A stretch of 64,000 nt of DNA from positions 24,047 to 88,046 of the forward strand of contig CAXAFE010000005.1 in assembly GCA_963968165.1 (NCBI GenBank), written 5' to 3'. The DNA comes from an uncultured Candidatus Poseidoniales archaeon (GTDB lineage Archaea; Thermoplasmatota; Poseidoniia; Poseidoniales; Thalassarchaeaceae). Positions 55,000 through 64,000 of the stretch are shown piece after piece (position 1 is the stretch's first letter; every line of letters starts with the position of its first letter). Below the pieces are notes generated by a model, which saw only the letters and a program-made list of their open reading frames with translations, made no database searches and had not been told where the DNA came from. A program made the translations under genes and the position numbers.

Positions 55000-55293
55000 A
55001 TGATGGTTGATCCGTACAGTATAATTTTAATGCCATGGATAACTGAAAAGACTCTCGAGGCTAGAAGGGTTGCAGACTTTGATGGTAACTATAAAGAAAA
55101 TAATAATAGAATTGAATTTATAGTAAGAAGGGAAGCAACTAAGCCACAAATACGTGCAGCAGTAGAGAAATTATTAGATGTTAAAGTTGATAAAGTCAAT
55201 ACAAAAATTACTAGATCCGGTAAGCATGCTAGCATCCGTCTTGCTGAAGGTTACGACGCAGAAGAGGCTGCATTAAAGCTAGGTGCTTTCTAA
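55000..55293 (+). CDS. rpl23: 50S ribosomal protein L23
   Basis: DPYSIILMPWITEKT, EFIVRREATKPQIRAAVEKLLDVKV. Start placed at ATG 55000, just after the L4 stop, rather than the track start 54964. Confidence 0.88.
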   Translation: MMVDPYSIILMPWITEKTLEARRVADFDGNYKENNNRIEFIVRREATKPQIRAAVEKLLDVKVDKVNTKITRSGKHASIRLAEGYDAEEAALKLGAF

Positions 55294-55306
55294 TTAAGGT
55301 GATATT

Positions 55307-56020
55307 ATGGGTAAAAGAACACGTTCACAACGCAGAGGTTCAAGTCCTAAAAACAGAGTTAACTCTCATCGATTCCCGGCATCTAATAAGTTACCTCGAA
55401 AATCTGACGAAGTTGCTGAAATTGTAGATTTAATTCATAGTCCGGCACATACCGCTCCTTTGGCTAAAATTAAGTTTGAGGACGGAACAGTTGGACACTT
55501 TGCTGCTCCTGAAGGAACATCAATTGGTCAAAATATAGCATTTGGTGAAAATGTAACGTTGAGGCCTGGAAATGTTACTACCTTGGACAGGATTCCAGAA
55601 GGAACTCCAGTTTGTAATGTTGAATTAAGACCAGGAGATGGAGGAAAATTCGCTCGTTCTGGTGGAAACTCCGCCATATTGGAGACTAGGATGGACGATA
55701 CTGTTAGAGTAAGGTTACCCAGTGGACGACTCAAGGAACTACCTTCTAAATGTCGCGCCACTATCGGAATTTTAGGTGGACATGGTAGAACAGACAAACC
55801 ACTCATGAAAGCTGGAGCTGCTCACCATAGGGCAAAAGCACGTGGTAAACTGTATCCAACTGTCAGTGGAGTAGCTATGAATCCTGTAGACCATCCTCAT
55901 GGTGGTGGAAATCACCAAGCTGTGCATGGTCCGAACTCAGTAAGTCGAAACTCACCTCCTGGAATGAAAGTTGGTAATATAGCCCCTAGCAGAACGGGTA
56001 GAGGAAGAAGGAAGGAGTGA
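55307..56020 (+). CDS. rpl2: 50S ribosomal protein L2
   Basis: GRLKELPSKCRATIG, NPVDHPHGGG. Confidence 0.93.
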   Translation: MGKRTRSQRRGSSPKNRVNSHRFPASNKLPRKSDEVAEIVDLIHSPAHTAPLAKIKFEDGTVGHFAAPEGTSIGQNIAFGENVTLRPGNVTTLDRIPEGTPVCNVELRPGDGGKFARSGGNSAILETRMDDTVRVRLPSGRLKELPSKCRATIGILGGHGRTDKPLMKAGAAHHRAKARGKLYPTVSGVAMNPVDHPHGGGNHQAVHGPNSVSRNSPPGMKVGNIAPSRTGRGRRKE

Positions 56021-56027
56021 ATAAAAT

Positions 56028-56528
56028 ATGGCCCGTAAATCCAAGAAAATGTTCCGATCACCTAAACTCGCAAGACGTCAAGCAAGAAAGCGAAGATCTA
56101 AGATTAGTGAACGTAGGAAGAAGGAATTTCTATGGCGAGGATACACTCTCGTGGAACTATTAGCTATGCCATTATATCCTCCAGAAGATAATCCTGAAGA
56201 TCCGTGCATAGCAACTTTAATGCCTTCTAGGGCTAAACGATCTCTAGCAAGAGGATTGAGTCCAGAGTGTGAAAAATTACTACTTAAAATAAGAGAAAAT
56301 GAAGGAGATAAAATAGTCAAAACTCATTGTAGAGGCATGTATGTACTCCCTGAAATGGTGGGGACAAATATGGGCATACACAATGGAAAATCATTTGTTA
56401 ATGTAGAAATAATTCCAGAAATGATAGGACATGCATTAGGAGAGTTTGCTAGAACAAGAGCCTCTGTAACGCATACGGGCCCGGGAGTTGGTGCTACCCG
56501 TTCATCTCAGCACGTATCCCTAAAGTGA
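56028..56528 (+). CDS. rps19: 30S ribosomal protein S19 (S15e-type)
   Basis: [39 protein letters not shown]. Confidence 0.9.
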   Translation: MARKSKKMFRSPKLARRQARKRRSKISERRKKEFLWRGYTLVELLAMPLYPPEDNPEDPCIATLMPSRAKRSLARGLSPECEKLLLKIRENEGDKIVKTHCRGMYVLPEMVGTNMGIHNGKSFVNVEIIPEMIGHALGEFARTRASVTHTGPGVGATRSSQHVSLK

Positions 56529-56537
56529 GGTAATATT

Positions 56538-57062
56538 ATGAGCAGAGAAGTAGGTAAACCACAATCAGGATACACTCAATTATTAGAAGGTTCATACCTG
56601 TCCACAGCAAGGGCAGTTAACATAAATGTACATCACAAGCACTGTTATCATGTTGCTAAGGCTCTAAGGGGAATGAATACTTTAGACGCGTTAGCCTACT
56701 TGGACGATGTGATCAATAAAAAGCAAGCAATACCATACACTCGTAGGTCTAGAAAAGGTAGAGGAGGGAATACTATGGCTGGCCACAGAAAAGGAAAGGT
56801 CGGACCTGGTGCTTATCCTAACAAAGCGTCCAAGGAGTTTGTAAAGTTGATATCAAGTGCTATGGACAACGCTCGCCAAAGATACGATACAATAGAACCA
56901 GATGATATGATAATTACACACATAGCGGCCCACAGAGGTCAAATCGCAACTAACTGGAGGCCAAGAGCTCAAGGTCGAGCCACTCCGAGCAATCATTATC
57001 AAGTAAATCTTGAAGTTTTCTTAGAATACTTTGGAGATGAGGAAGAAGAGGAAGATTTTTGA
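56538..57062 (+). CDS. rpl22: 50S ribosomal protein L22 (L17e-type), with an acidic C-terminal tail
   Basis: ARAVNINVHHKHCYHVAKALRGM, AIPYTRR; ends GDEEEEEDF. Confidence 0.88.
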   Translation: MSREVGKPQSGYTQLLEGSYLSTARAVNINVHHKHCYHVAKALRGMNTLDALAYLDDVINKKQAIPYTRRSRKGRGGNTMAGHRKGKVGPGAYPNKASKEFVKLISSAMDNARQRYDTIEPDDMIITHIAAHRGQIATNWRPRAQGRATPSNHYQVNLEVFLEYFGDEEEEEDF

Positions 57063-57071
57063 GGTGAAATT

Positions 57072-57791
57072 ATGAGGCAAAATACTATTCGTACAATACT
57101 CAATCGTAATGTTGAGCGCCAATTAGTTCGAGAATATCTACTTAAAGAGACTGAAAGAGCTGGTTTTGGAGGACTAACTTTCAATAGGACTCCTGAGGGA
57201 ACTAAAGTCACCCTCAAGGCAGAACAAGTTGGTAGAGTAATAGGAAGAAGGGGCAAAGTTATACATGAATTACAACGTAGACTCCAAGAAGACTTTAATA
57301 TTCACGAACCACAACTAGAAGTTGATGAAATTGAGGAATCTCGTCTTAATGCACAAGTTATGGCTAGTAGACTAGCCAGTTCGTTAGAAAGAGGATGGTT
57401 TTTCCGTAGAGCCGGACACAGTACTGCTCAGAATATTATGGATGCTGGCGCCCGTGGGTGCCTCGTAATTCTTAGTGGAAAAATTACTGGAGCCAGGCAC
57501 AGAGTAGAAAAATTCCAACAAGGACATATTAAATTCTGTGGCGAAACAGCCTTAGAATTTATGGATACAGGTTTTTCTACAGCAGTAAAGAAACTTGGGA
57601 CCATTGGATGCACAGTTAGAATCATGAGGAAAGGGGTAAAATTGCCTCATGAAGTAACAGTATTAGAACGTCATGAATCCGGCTTAGCTGCATTAGAAGA
57701 AGTAGCTATGATTAAACCCGAAGAAACCAATGACGACAAACTATTTGATTCAAATATTGTGGATAATATCGTAACCTCGGAGGAAGAATGA
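57072..57791 (+). CDS. rps3: 30S ribosomal protein S3
   Basis: KH domain VGRVIGRRGKVIHELQ; LASSLERGWFFRRA. Confidence 0.9.
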   Translation: MRQNTIRTILNRNVERQLVREYLLKETERAGFGGLTFNRTPEGTKVTLKAEQVGRVIGRRGKVIHELQRRLQEDFNIHEPQLEVDEIEESRLNAQVMASRLASSLERGWFFRRAGHSTAQNIMDAGARGCLVILSGKITGARHRVEKFQQGHIKFCGETALEFMDTGFSTAVKKLGTIGCTVRIMRKGVKLPHEVTVLERHESGLAALEEVAMIKPEETNDDKLFDSNIVDNIVTSEEE

Positions 57792-57994
57792 TGAGTCACG
57801 TTAAGTCTAGAGATATTGATTCTATGAATTTGGAACAAAGGGAACGTCGCCTATTAGAACTAAAAGAAGAATTATTACAATTAAGAGCTCAACAAGCTTT
57901 AGGCGGGTCTTCCGCAGATGCTGGTGCTTACAAACAAACAAGAAGATCAATAGCCCGATTAATAACCAAAATTAATCAAGGGCCCAAGGAGTAG
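57788..57994 (+). CDS. rpl29: 50S ribosomal protein L29
   Basis: LLELKEELLQLRAQQALGG; ATGA overlap with S3. Confidence 0.85.
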   Translation: MMSHVKSRDIDSMNLEQRERRLLELKEELLQLRAQQALGGSSADAGAYKQTRRSIARLITKINQGPKE

Positions 57995-58000
57995 AAATAA

Positions 58001-58300
58001 ATGGCAGGTATATGTAATCTATGCGGACTACCTGATGAATTATGTATATGTCAAGAAATAGCAAAGGAACAACAAAAAGCAATAATATCAGTAGTTAGAA
58101 GGAGATATGGAAAAATGGTTACTATGATAGAAGGCATCGATGATACTGCTATAGACATTAGCCAACTTGCTAAGATATTGAAAAGTGCATGTGCTAGTGG
58201 CGGAACTGTGAAAGATAGAACCATCGAATTACAAGGAGACCATAAGAAAAGAGCTTCGAAAGTTCTTGAACAAAATGGTTATCAAGTGGAGGTAAGATAA
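58001..58300 (+). CDS. Translation initiation factor SUI1 (aSUI1/eIF1)
   Basis: CNLCGLPDELCICQE N-terminal Cys motif; RRYGKMVTMIEGID; ELQGDHKKR. Confidence 0.85.
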   Translation: MAGICNLCGLPDELCICQEIAKEQQKAIISVVRRRYGKMVTMIEGIDDTAIDISQLAKILKSACASGGTVKDRTIELQGDHKKRASKVLEQNGYQVEVR

Positions 58301-58561
58301 ATGACTAATGTTATCAATTTACCTTGGATTGCTAGAAATTTGTCCGTAACAGACTCTTCAGACCCAAGCCTAGTAGGAGTTTCTGGATTGATCCTAGATG
58401 AAACAAAAAGAACAATATCTCTAGATTGTAATGGACATAATATTAAATTAGCAAAGAATGTAATCCATTTTACATTAGATAATAATACAGAGAAAATTGA
58501 TGGTAGCTTGGTTTCCCAAAGGCCAGAAGACCGAATAAATCGAAAATATAGGAGAAATTAA
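58301..58561 (+). CDS. rnp1: RNase P protein component 1 (Rpp29/Pop4 homolog)
   Basis: LVGVSGLILDETKRTISL, KLAKNVIHFTL; conserved position between SUI1/L29 and S17 in archaea. Confidence 0.75.
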   Translation: MTNVINLPWIARNLSVTDSSDPSLVGVSGLILDETKRTISLDCNGHNIKLAKNVIHFTLDNNTEKIDGSLVSQRPEDRINRKYRRN

Positions 58562-58562
58562 A

Positions 58563-58895
58563 ATGAGAGATATTGGAGTAGATGTAAACCAGCCCCAGGG
58601 AGAATGGGACGGTAATATGAATTGTCCTTTCTATGGAAATTTAAGGGTTAGAGGACAAATAATAGAAGGAATAGTGTCCACTTCATCTATGCAAGACGCT
58701 ATAGTAGTAGAGAGAAGGATGGAACGGTACATGAAGAAGTATGAGAGATATGAAAAGCGAACACGTCGTTATTCAGCACACTTACCCTCATGCATAGGGG
58801 AATTAAATCCTGGTGACAAAGTAAGAATTATGGAATGTAGGCCATTATCAAAAACAATAAAATTCTGTGTAATTGATATGGAGGCGAGTAAATGA
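58563..58895 (+). CDS. rps17: 30S ribosomal protein S17
   Basis: CPFYGNLRVRGQIIEG, GDKVRIMECRPLSKT. Confidence 0.9.
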   Translation: MRDIGVDVNQPQGEWDGNMNCPFYGNLRVRGQIIEGIVSTSSMQDAIVVERRMERYMKKYERYEKRTRRYSAHLPSCIGELNPGDKVRIMECRPLSKTIKFCVIDMEASK

Positions 58896-59290
58896 AGGGA
58901 ATTGCAGGCAAGGTAACTGCTGGATTACCAACGCAAGCTAAATTAGATTGTGTTGATAATACGGGAGCTAAAATTGTTCAACTAATAAATGTCCCAAAAA
59001 AGGGAGGTGTTGCTAGTAGATACCCAGCTGCTGGAGTTGGAGACATGATACGCGTAACTGTCAGAAGAGGAACTCCAGAAACAAGACGACAAATATTTAA
59101 TGCCGTAATAATCAGACAAACAAGGCCATTTAGAAGAGTCGATGGAACTTGGGCAAGATTCGAAGATAATGCATGTGTATTGACAAATGAGCGTGGTGAT
59201 CTGCAAGGTTCAGACATCAAAGGCCCTGTTAGTAGAGAAGCAGCAGAACGCTGGCCACGTATAGCGGCTACAGCAAAACAAATCGTATGA
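58892..59290 (+). CDS. rpl14: 50S ribosomal protein L14
   Basis: LDCVDNTGAKIVQLI, GDMIRVTV, ARFEDNACVL. Confidence 0.93.
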   Translation: MKGIAGKVTAGLPTQAKLDCVDNTGAKIVQLINVPKKGGVASRYPAAGVGDMIRVTVRRGTPETRRQIFNAVIIRQTRPFRRVDGTWARFEDNACVLTNERGDLQGSDIKGPVSREAAERWPRIAATAKQIV

Positions 59291-59301
59291 GGTGAGATGA
59301 T

Positions 59302-59736
59302 ATGGCAAGTAAAAAAGCAGGAAAACAACGTCTAGAACAACGTAAATCGCCTCTTCACACCAAGCGTAAAAGAATGAGGGCAAGATTAGTCAGCGATGAT
59401 CCTGATTTGCTATATATTCGAACTGTAACAGTAAGAGTTGGAGATGAGGTCGAAGTTTTAAGAGGGGACTTCAGTCATCCGAACAGCGTCAAAGCCGAAT
59501 CCAGAGGAAAGCGCCTAGGTCAGTCAAGAGGTAGAGCCGGCATAAAGTCCAAAGTAGTTGATATTGATGCTAAAAACGACAGAATCTACGTAGAGGGATT
59601 AACTCAAAATACGGCTGATGGGAAAGAAGAAGCTGTGCCAATAAGGCCATCAAACTTAATTGTAACCAAATTATATGAAGGTGATCCATTACGAATTAAA
59701 AGAATTTCAGAAAGATCCTTATCTGGAGGTCAATAA
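59302..59736 (+). CDS. rpl24: 50S ribosomal protein L24 (L26e-type)
   Basis: KOW motif VRVGDEVEVLRGDF; position after L14. Confidence 0.88.
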   Translation: MASKKAGKQRLEQRKSPLHTKRKRMRARLVSDDPDLLYIRTVTVRVGDEVEVLRGDFSHPNSVKAESRGKRLGQSRGRAGIKSKVVDIDAKNDRIYVEGLTQNTADGKEEAVPIRPSNLIVTKLYEGDPLRIKRISERSLSGGQ

Positions 59737-59737
59737 T

Positions 59738-60436
59738 ATGAGTAGCAGTCACATAAAGAGATTAATGATGCCACGAAGTTGGCCATTACCAAGAAAAACT
59801 AGTATATGGGTACAAAAACCCAATCCTAGTGGACATAGCATAGAAAACTGTATGCCACTAACGCTAATTCTTAGAGATATACTAACAGTTGCGCACACTA
59901 AGCGTGAGGCAAAGAAAATATTACATTCCAGACAGGTCATGGTAGACGGAAAAATTGAAACAGATTCCGGTAGAGGAGTTGGATTGATGGATGTTTTAAC
60001 AATTGGCGATTTAAATTATCGATGTATATTAGATACAAATGGAAAATTAAGATATAGGGCCATCAGCAAGAAGTCTGCAGAAACTAAGATTTGTATGATA
60101 ACTGGTAAAACTACAATCAAAGGAGGGTTAACACAAATTCACTTACATGATGGACGTAATATTGTCATGGATTCTTCAACTGATTACAACACAGGCGACT
60201 CAGTAGTCCTGTCTCTTCCTAGTCAAGAAATAAAGACTCACCTGCCGATGAAAAAAGGTTCCTTATCATACCTAATTGGTGGAAGTCACATAGGAGAAAC
60301 AGCTACTATAGTAGATTTCACAGTAAAAAGATCATCAAAACCTAACGAAACTAGTTTTGAAAATTTTGGAACCGTTTCAGAATATGTATTCATTATTGGG
60401 AAGGAAACAGACCTGCCATTGGAGGATAAATCATGA
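59738..60436 (+). CDS. rps4e: 30S ribosomal protein S4e
   Basis: HIKRLMMPRSWPLPRKT. ATG 59738 is preceded by GGAGGT; the track start 59675 overlaps L24 and is rejected. Confidence 0.9.
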   Translation: MSSSHIKRLMMPRSWPLPRKTSIWVQKPNPSGHSIENCMPLTLILRDILTVAHTKREAKKILHSRQVMVDGKIETDSGRGVGLMDVLTIGDLNYRCILDTNGKLRYRAISKKSAETKICMITGKTTIKGGLTQIHLHDGRNIVMDSSTDYNTGDSVVLSLPSQEIKTHLPMKKGSLSYLIGGSHIGETATIVDFTVKRSSKPNETSFENFGTVSEYVFIIGKETDLPLEDKS

Positions 60437-60960
60437 GTGAATCAAAAAACCCTATGCTTACGCCAAGGGCGACTAAAGTTACTGTCAACATAGGCGTTGG
60501 AGAAGCAGGACAAAGACTTCAATTGGCTGAGAAGGTATTAGAAATTTTAACCGGGCAAACTCCAGTTAGAACTCTTTCAACCCAAACAAATAGGGATCTT
60601 GGGACGAGAGAAGGGGCACCAATTGGTTGTAAAGTTACAATCCGTGGTGAAGAAAAGATAAACTCATTTCTAAAAGATGCATTTTGGGTCAGAGAAAATA
60701 CGCTCCCAGCATATAATTTCGATAATCAAGGAAATCTATCATTTGGTATTTCAGACTATACAGATTTTCCTGATCAAAAATATGACCCAGAGATAGGAAT
60801 ATTCGGAATGGACATTAATGTTCTTTTAGAACGCCCTGGTCATCGAATTAAGCATCGCCGAAGAAGAGGATCAAAAGTATCAACCAACCATCGCGTATTC
60901 CGTGAAGAATCAAAAATATGGTTTACAGAAAAATTTGGCTTATCAATAGTGGAGGAGTGA
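60433..60960 (+). CDS. rpl5: 50S ribosomal protein L5
   Basis: [28 protein letters not shown]. Confidence 0.92.
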   Translation: MSESKNPMLTPRATKVTVNIGVGEAGQRLQLAEKVLEILTGQTPVRTLSTQTNRDLGTREGAPIGCKVTIRGEEKINSFLKDAFWVRENTLPAYNFDNQGNLSFGISDYTDFPDQKYDPEIGIFGMDINVLLERPGHRIKHRRRRGSKVSTNHRVFREESKIWFTEKFGLSIVEE

Positions 60961-60965
60961 GTGAT

Positions 60966-61118
60966 ATGGCAAGAGATCATGGAGAGGAAATAGGAAGAAC
61001 AACTGGTTGTCGTAGATGCGGTCGTCGCAGAGGCTTAATCCGCCGTCATGGATTACATCTTTGTCGTCAATGCTTCCGCGATGTAGCAATAAATATAGGA
61101 TTTAAAAAATATTCATGA
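60966..61118 (+). CDS. rps14: 30S ribosomal protein S14 (zinc type)
   Basis: 50 aa from ATG 60966: [24 protein letters not shown]. The track start 60918 overlaps L5. Confidence 0.9.
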   Translation: MARDHGEEIGRTTGCRRCGRRRGLIRRHGLHLCRQCFRDVAINIGFKKYS

Positions 61119-61129
61119 GGTGATTAAGT

Positions 61130-61519
61130 ATGCAATTCGACCCCCTAAGTGACGCTTTTACGCGTATATTCAATGCAGAGCAAGCAGGCCATTATGAGGT
61201 ATCTGTTAAACCAGCCAGTAAACTTCTAGGTAGCATGCTATCTATAATGCAAAACTCCGGCTATATAGGAGAGTATGAACAAATTGAGAATGGCAGAGGT
61301 GGCGGTTTCAGAATAGAACTAATTGGAGCTATAAATCGCTGTGGAGTTATAAAACCTAGATACTCCGTTCAAAGATTAGATTATGATAAATGGGAATCAA
61401 GATACTTGCCTGCAAGGGATTTTGGATTACTTATTCTTACAACTAATCAAGGCATAATGAATCATTATGATGCAAAAAAGGAGAGAGTTGGAGGGCGTTT
61501 ACTCGCTTACATCTTTTAG
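61130..61519 (+). CDS. rps8: 30S ribosomal protein S8
   Basis: DPLSDAFTRIFNAEQAG, GLLILTTNQGIM. Confidence 0.92.
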   Translation: MQFDPLSDAFTRIFNAEQAGHYEVSVKPASKLLGSMLSIMQNSGYIGEYEQIENGRGGGFRIELIGAINRCGVIKPRYSVQRLDYDKWESRYLPARDFGLLILTTNQGIMNHYDAKKERVGGRLLAYIF

Positions 61520-61531
61520 GAGGGATAAAAA

Positions 61532-62083
61532 ATGGTAAAAATAGATCATATTGCACATAAAATTCCATTAATGGATGGAGTAAATGCTACTTTATCTGGC
61601 GACTTATTATCAGTATCAAAAGGAAATAATTCTCTTTCCCGAGAATTCGTACACCCAAAGATCGAGTTAAGAGTATCGAATGAAGAAATAATTGTATTCT
61701 GTAATCTACCAAGAAGGGCTGAAAAAGCACTTTCTGGCACTTGGTCAGCACATATTAATAATATGGTAAATGGAGTTGATGTGGGGTATGAATATCATTT
61801 GAAGGCTGTCTACAGTCACTTTCCTATGACTTTGAAAGTTCAAGGAGATATAATGACAGTAACAAACTTATTCGGGGAAAAGGTACCAAGAGTGGCTAAA
61901 CTCCCTTGGTCTCCTTCCGATGTGGAAGTCAAAATATCAAACAAAACAGACGTCGTTGTGAAAGGTATCGACAAAGAGAAAGTCGGACAAACCGCAGCAA
62001 ACATAGAAAGATCTTGCCGAATCAAAAATAGAGATAGAAGGGTGTTCCAAGATGGAATTTACATAACTTCTAAAGGTGCATAA
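61532..62083 (+). CDS. rpl6: 50S ribosomal protein L6
   Basis: Two-domain L6 pattern, YEYHLKAVYSHFPM, RVFQDGIY. Confidence 0.9.
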   Translation: MVKIDHIAHKIPLMDGVNATLSGDLLSVSKGNNSLSREFVHPKIELRVSNEEIIVFCNLPRRAEKALSGTWSAHINNMVNGVDVGYEYHLKAVYSHFPMTLKVQGDIMTVTNLFGEKVPRVAKLPWSPSDVEVKISNKTDVVVKGIDKEKVGQTAANIERSCRIKNRDRRVFQDGIYITSKGA

Positions 62084-62802
62084 TGGAGGAATTAGAGATG
62101 GAATACGATAATATGACTGTCGCACAGTTGAAAGACTTATTGCGTGAAAATAATCTACCAGTTTCTGGTAAAAAATCGGAATTAATAGATAGATTATCCG
62201 AGATTGAATCCGTGCCGGATGCAGTTGAAAAAGTATCAACAACACCCGAAATTGTAGATGATGAAATCATAAATGATGATGATTCTGGTGATAGTAGTGA
62301 TGAATCTACTGAAAACGATGAATTCTTTGAAGAAGATGATGATTTCTATGAAGATTTCGGCGGAGTACATACCGCACGCCAAAAACCAGTTTTAAGTGAT
62401 GAAACAAAAGAAAATTTAAAGATTCGGGCTGCTCAGAAAAAGAGACAGCCTGCATTTCGCCGGCAAGAATGGTTCAGATACAAAAGACTATCACACTCCG
62501 GCTGGAGAAAACCAACAGGTTACCAATCAAAACAGCGTCTCAATATGAAATATAGGACGCCTATGGCTAGAATAGGCTGGGGTAAGATAGCTGCAGTTAG
62601 GGGCCTTCATTCATCAGGTTTTGACGAAGTCCTTGTACATAAAATAACTGATTTAGAAAATCTAAATCCTGAATTACAGGCTGTAAGGATTGGCTCCTCT
62701 GTTGGAAATAGAAAGAGATTAGCAATTCATGACCGTGCAGACGATTTAGGAGTTAGGGTCCTCAATCGAAGAAGAATTGATAGGAAGGGGGACTTACAAT
62801 GA
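62083..62802 (+). CDS. rpl32e: 50S ribosomal protein L32e with N-terminal SAP motif and acidic linker
   Basis: L32e core RQPAFRRQEWFRYKRL...GWRKPTGYQSKQR...HSSGFDEVLV. N-terminus MTVAQLKDLLRENNLPVSGKKSELIDRLSE is a SAP-type helix-extension-helix. TAATG overlap with L6. Confidence 0.85.
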   Translation: MEELEMEYDNMTVAQLKDLLRENNLPVSGKKSELIDRLSEIESVPDAVEKVSTTPEIVDDEIINDDDSGDSSDESTENDEFFEEDDDFYEDFGGVHTARQKPVLSDETKENLKIRAAQKKRQPAFRRQEWFRYKRLSHSGWRKPTGYQSKQRLNMKYRTPMARIGWGKIAAVRGLHSSGFDEVLVHKITDLENLNPELQAVRIGSSVGNRKRLAIHDRADDLGVRVLNRRRIDRKGDLQ

Positions 62803-63275
62803 TGATTACTAATCAAAAAAGGATGGCCGCTGATATTCTTACAAAAAAAGAAGGAAGAGTTGTTGGAATCCATCGTGTTTGGATTCATCCAGATTATCTT
62901 GACGAAGTAACAAGTGCTGTTCAAAAAGACGACGTTAGGCAATTAATCGAAGATGGAATAATTAAAGCAAAACCTATTGTTGGTATAAGCAGGTCAAGGG
63001 CACGCAAAGTTGCATCCCAAAAAGCAAAAGGACGACGAAAGGGCCAAGGGTCCAGAAAAGGTTCAGCGAATGCTAGAACTCCTAAGAAAGAACGATGGAT
63101 GAGAGTAATTAGATCTCAAAGAAGAGTATTGAAAGAATTTAGGGAAGATGAAACACTCTCTCCTTCAAAATATAGATATTATTATCGTAAAGCCAAAGGT
63201 GGTTCATACCGTTCTGTTGCAGATATGAAAAGAAATATGGAACTAGACGGTATTGCGTTTGGAGGTGAACAATAA
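62799..63275 (+). CDS. rpl19e: 50S ribosomal protein L19e
   Basis: NQKRMAADILTKKEGRV, WIHPD, RRKGQGSRKG. Confidence 0.9.
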   Translation: MMITNQKRMAADILTKKEGRVVGIHRVWIHPDYLDEVTSAVQKDDVRQLIEDGIIKAKPIVGISRSRARKVASQKAKGRRKGQGSRKGSANARTPKKERWMRVIRSQRRVLKEFREDETLSPSKYRYYYRKAKGGSYRSVADMKRNMELDGIAFGGEQ

Positions 63276-63790
63276 TGGCACATGGTAAGAACCAGAGATT
63301 AAGATTCAAAAGACGTCGTAATGGTCAGACAGATTACAGAAGAAGGATGAAGTTATTGCGCGGAGATGTTCTACGAGCAGTAGTCAGAGTCTCCAATACT
63401 CAAGTCACATGTCAATTAGTCGAATTTGGTACAGGCGGAGATAAAATAATATCATCCGTTACTGGCCAAAATCTAGTGGATAATTATAAATGGCCTGCAG
63501 ATGCCTCTAAAAAATCTATTCCCGCTACTTATTTAGTTGGTATGGCACTTGCCAAGAAAGCAATATCGTCCGGGCATAAGGAAGCTATACTGGACATAGG
63601 ACTCGCGGCTTCTTCATCAGGAAGCAGAGTTTTTGCAGCTTTGAAAGGCATGATTGATGGAGGTTTAGAAATACCTCACAGTGATTCCGTACTACCAGAT
63701 GAAGATAGGATAAATGGAACACACATAGATGAATCTCTTACCAAATCAGTTAAAGCTACTATGAAAGCTATCGAGGGGGCAAAGAAATGA
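63275..63790 (+). CDS. rpl18: 50S ribosomal protein L18 (L5e-type)
   Basis: RFKRRRNGQTDYRRRMKLL, VRVSNTQVTCQLV. Confidence 0.9.
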   Translation: MAHGKNQRLRFKRRRNGQTDYRRRMKLLRGDVLRAVVRVSNTQVTCQLVEFGTGGDKIISSVTGQNLVDNYKWPADASKKSIPATYLVGMALAKKAISSGHKEAILDIGLAASSSGSRVFAALKGMIDGGLEIPHSDSVLPDEDRINGTHIDESLTKSVKATMKAIEGAKK

Positions 63791-64000
63791 CAGAATCAAC
63801 CGAAGAAATCAAAGAAGAGGTAGTTGCATTAGCTCCCGGATTAACTATGGCATTATATCCTTCAGAATCCGAAGAACCGGCACAAAGACGTCGCGGACCT
63901 GATCCTTTAGCTGGCCTAAGGACATGGGTTCCAAGGACTAGGTTGGGAAAAATGGTCCGTGAAGGGCAAATCCTAACCTATGAAGAAGCGGTGGATACTG
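63787..64000 (+). CDS. rps5: 30S ribosomal protein S5, N-terminal part (runs off the window end)
   Basis: Missing from the ORF track (no stop in the window). The ATG at 63787 overlaps the L18 stop (ATGA). Translation MTESTEEIKEE...WVPRTRLGKMVREGQILTYEEA matches the S5 N-terminal dsRBD region. Confidence 0.8.
   Translation, partial: MTESTEEIKEEVVALAPGLTMALYPSESEEPAQRRRGPDPLAGLRTWVPRTRLGKMVREGQILTYEEAVDT

Noticed and set aside
1-64000. Search for CRISPR arrays, rRNA genes, transposases, integrases, toxin-antitoxin pairs and long direct or inverted repeats
   Set aside because: None were seen on reading both strands. The three clustered tRNAs have no integrase or obvious att duplication next to them, so no mobile element is called.

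Overview
Dense chromosomal window (about 75 genes) from a low-GC archaeon. Membrane LonB, a thermosome, L40e/L41e/S4e/L19e/L32e ribosomal proteins, an intron-containing tRNA-Trp, a PGF-CTERM surface protein and a eukaryote-like type II glutamine synthetase and D-amino-acid oxidase together suggest an uncultured marine Thermoplasmatota lineage such as Marine Group II/Poseidoniales; this is inference only, because no searches could be run and all calls rest on motifs read in the translations. 53.0-64.0 kb holds the archaeal ribosomal-protein super-operon L3-L4-L23-L2-S19-L22-S3-L29-SUI1-Rpp29-S17-L14-L24-S4e-L5-S14-S8-L6-L32e-L19e-L18-S5 (S5 truncated by the window end), with GAGGTGA-type Shine-Dalgarno sites and many ATGA/TAATG overlaps. 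The rest is housekeeping and transport: lonB, two MFS transporters, asparaginase-type Ntn hydrolase, LysE exporter, a PiT-PhoU-like fusion next to an AbrB-PhoU regulator, two tmk paralogs, a DsbD-like thiol-disulfide protein, thiBPQ with an HTH-ThiN regulator, P5C dehydrogenase, purA, serC, pdxT, a radical SAM enzyme, an aminotransferase and a Hef-type helicase. An envelope cluster sits at 35-46 kb (S8 protease and two large surface/membrane proteins). I found four tRNA genes (Ser-CGA, Arg-TCT, Ala-GGC, Trp-CCA with a 113-nt intron), two box C/D sRNA candidates (one inside the tRNA-Trp intron, one free-standing) and two ribosomal micro-ORFs missing from the ORF track (L40e, L41e-like). I found no rRNA, CRISPR array, transposase or integrase. 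The most unusual locus is 47982-51028: a protein with two flavodoxin modules fused to an SdhB-like domain that has lost nearly all Fe-S ligand cysteines, translationally coupled to an HdrB/SdhE-like protein whose CCG cysteine motifs are also degenerate. This may be a flavin-based, iron-sulfur-free electron-transfer module. Second is a Cas4/EXO5-type Fe-S nuclease fused to two OB folds, beside a tRNA-flanked micro-island carrying a diglycine ubiquitin-like protein and a SprT-like protease.
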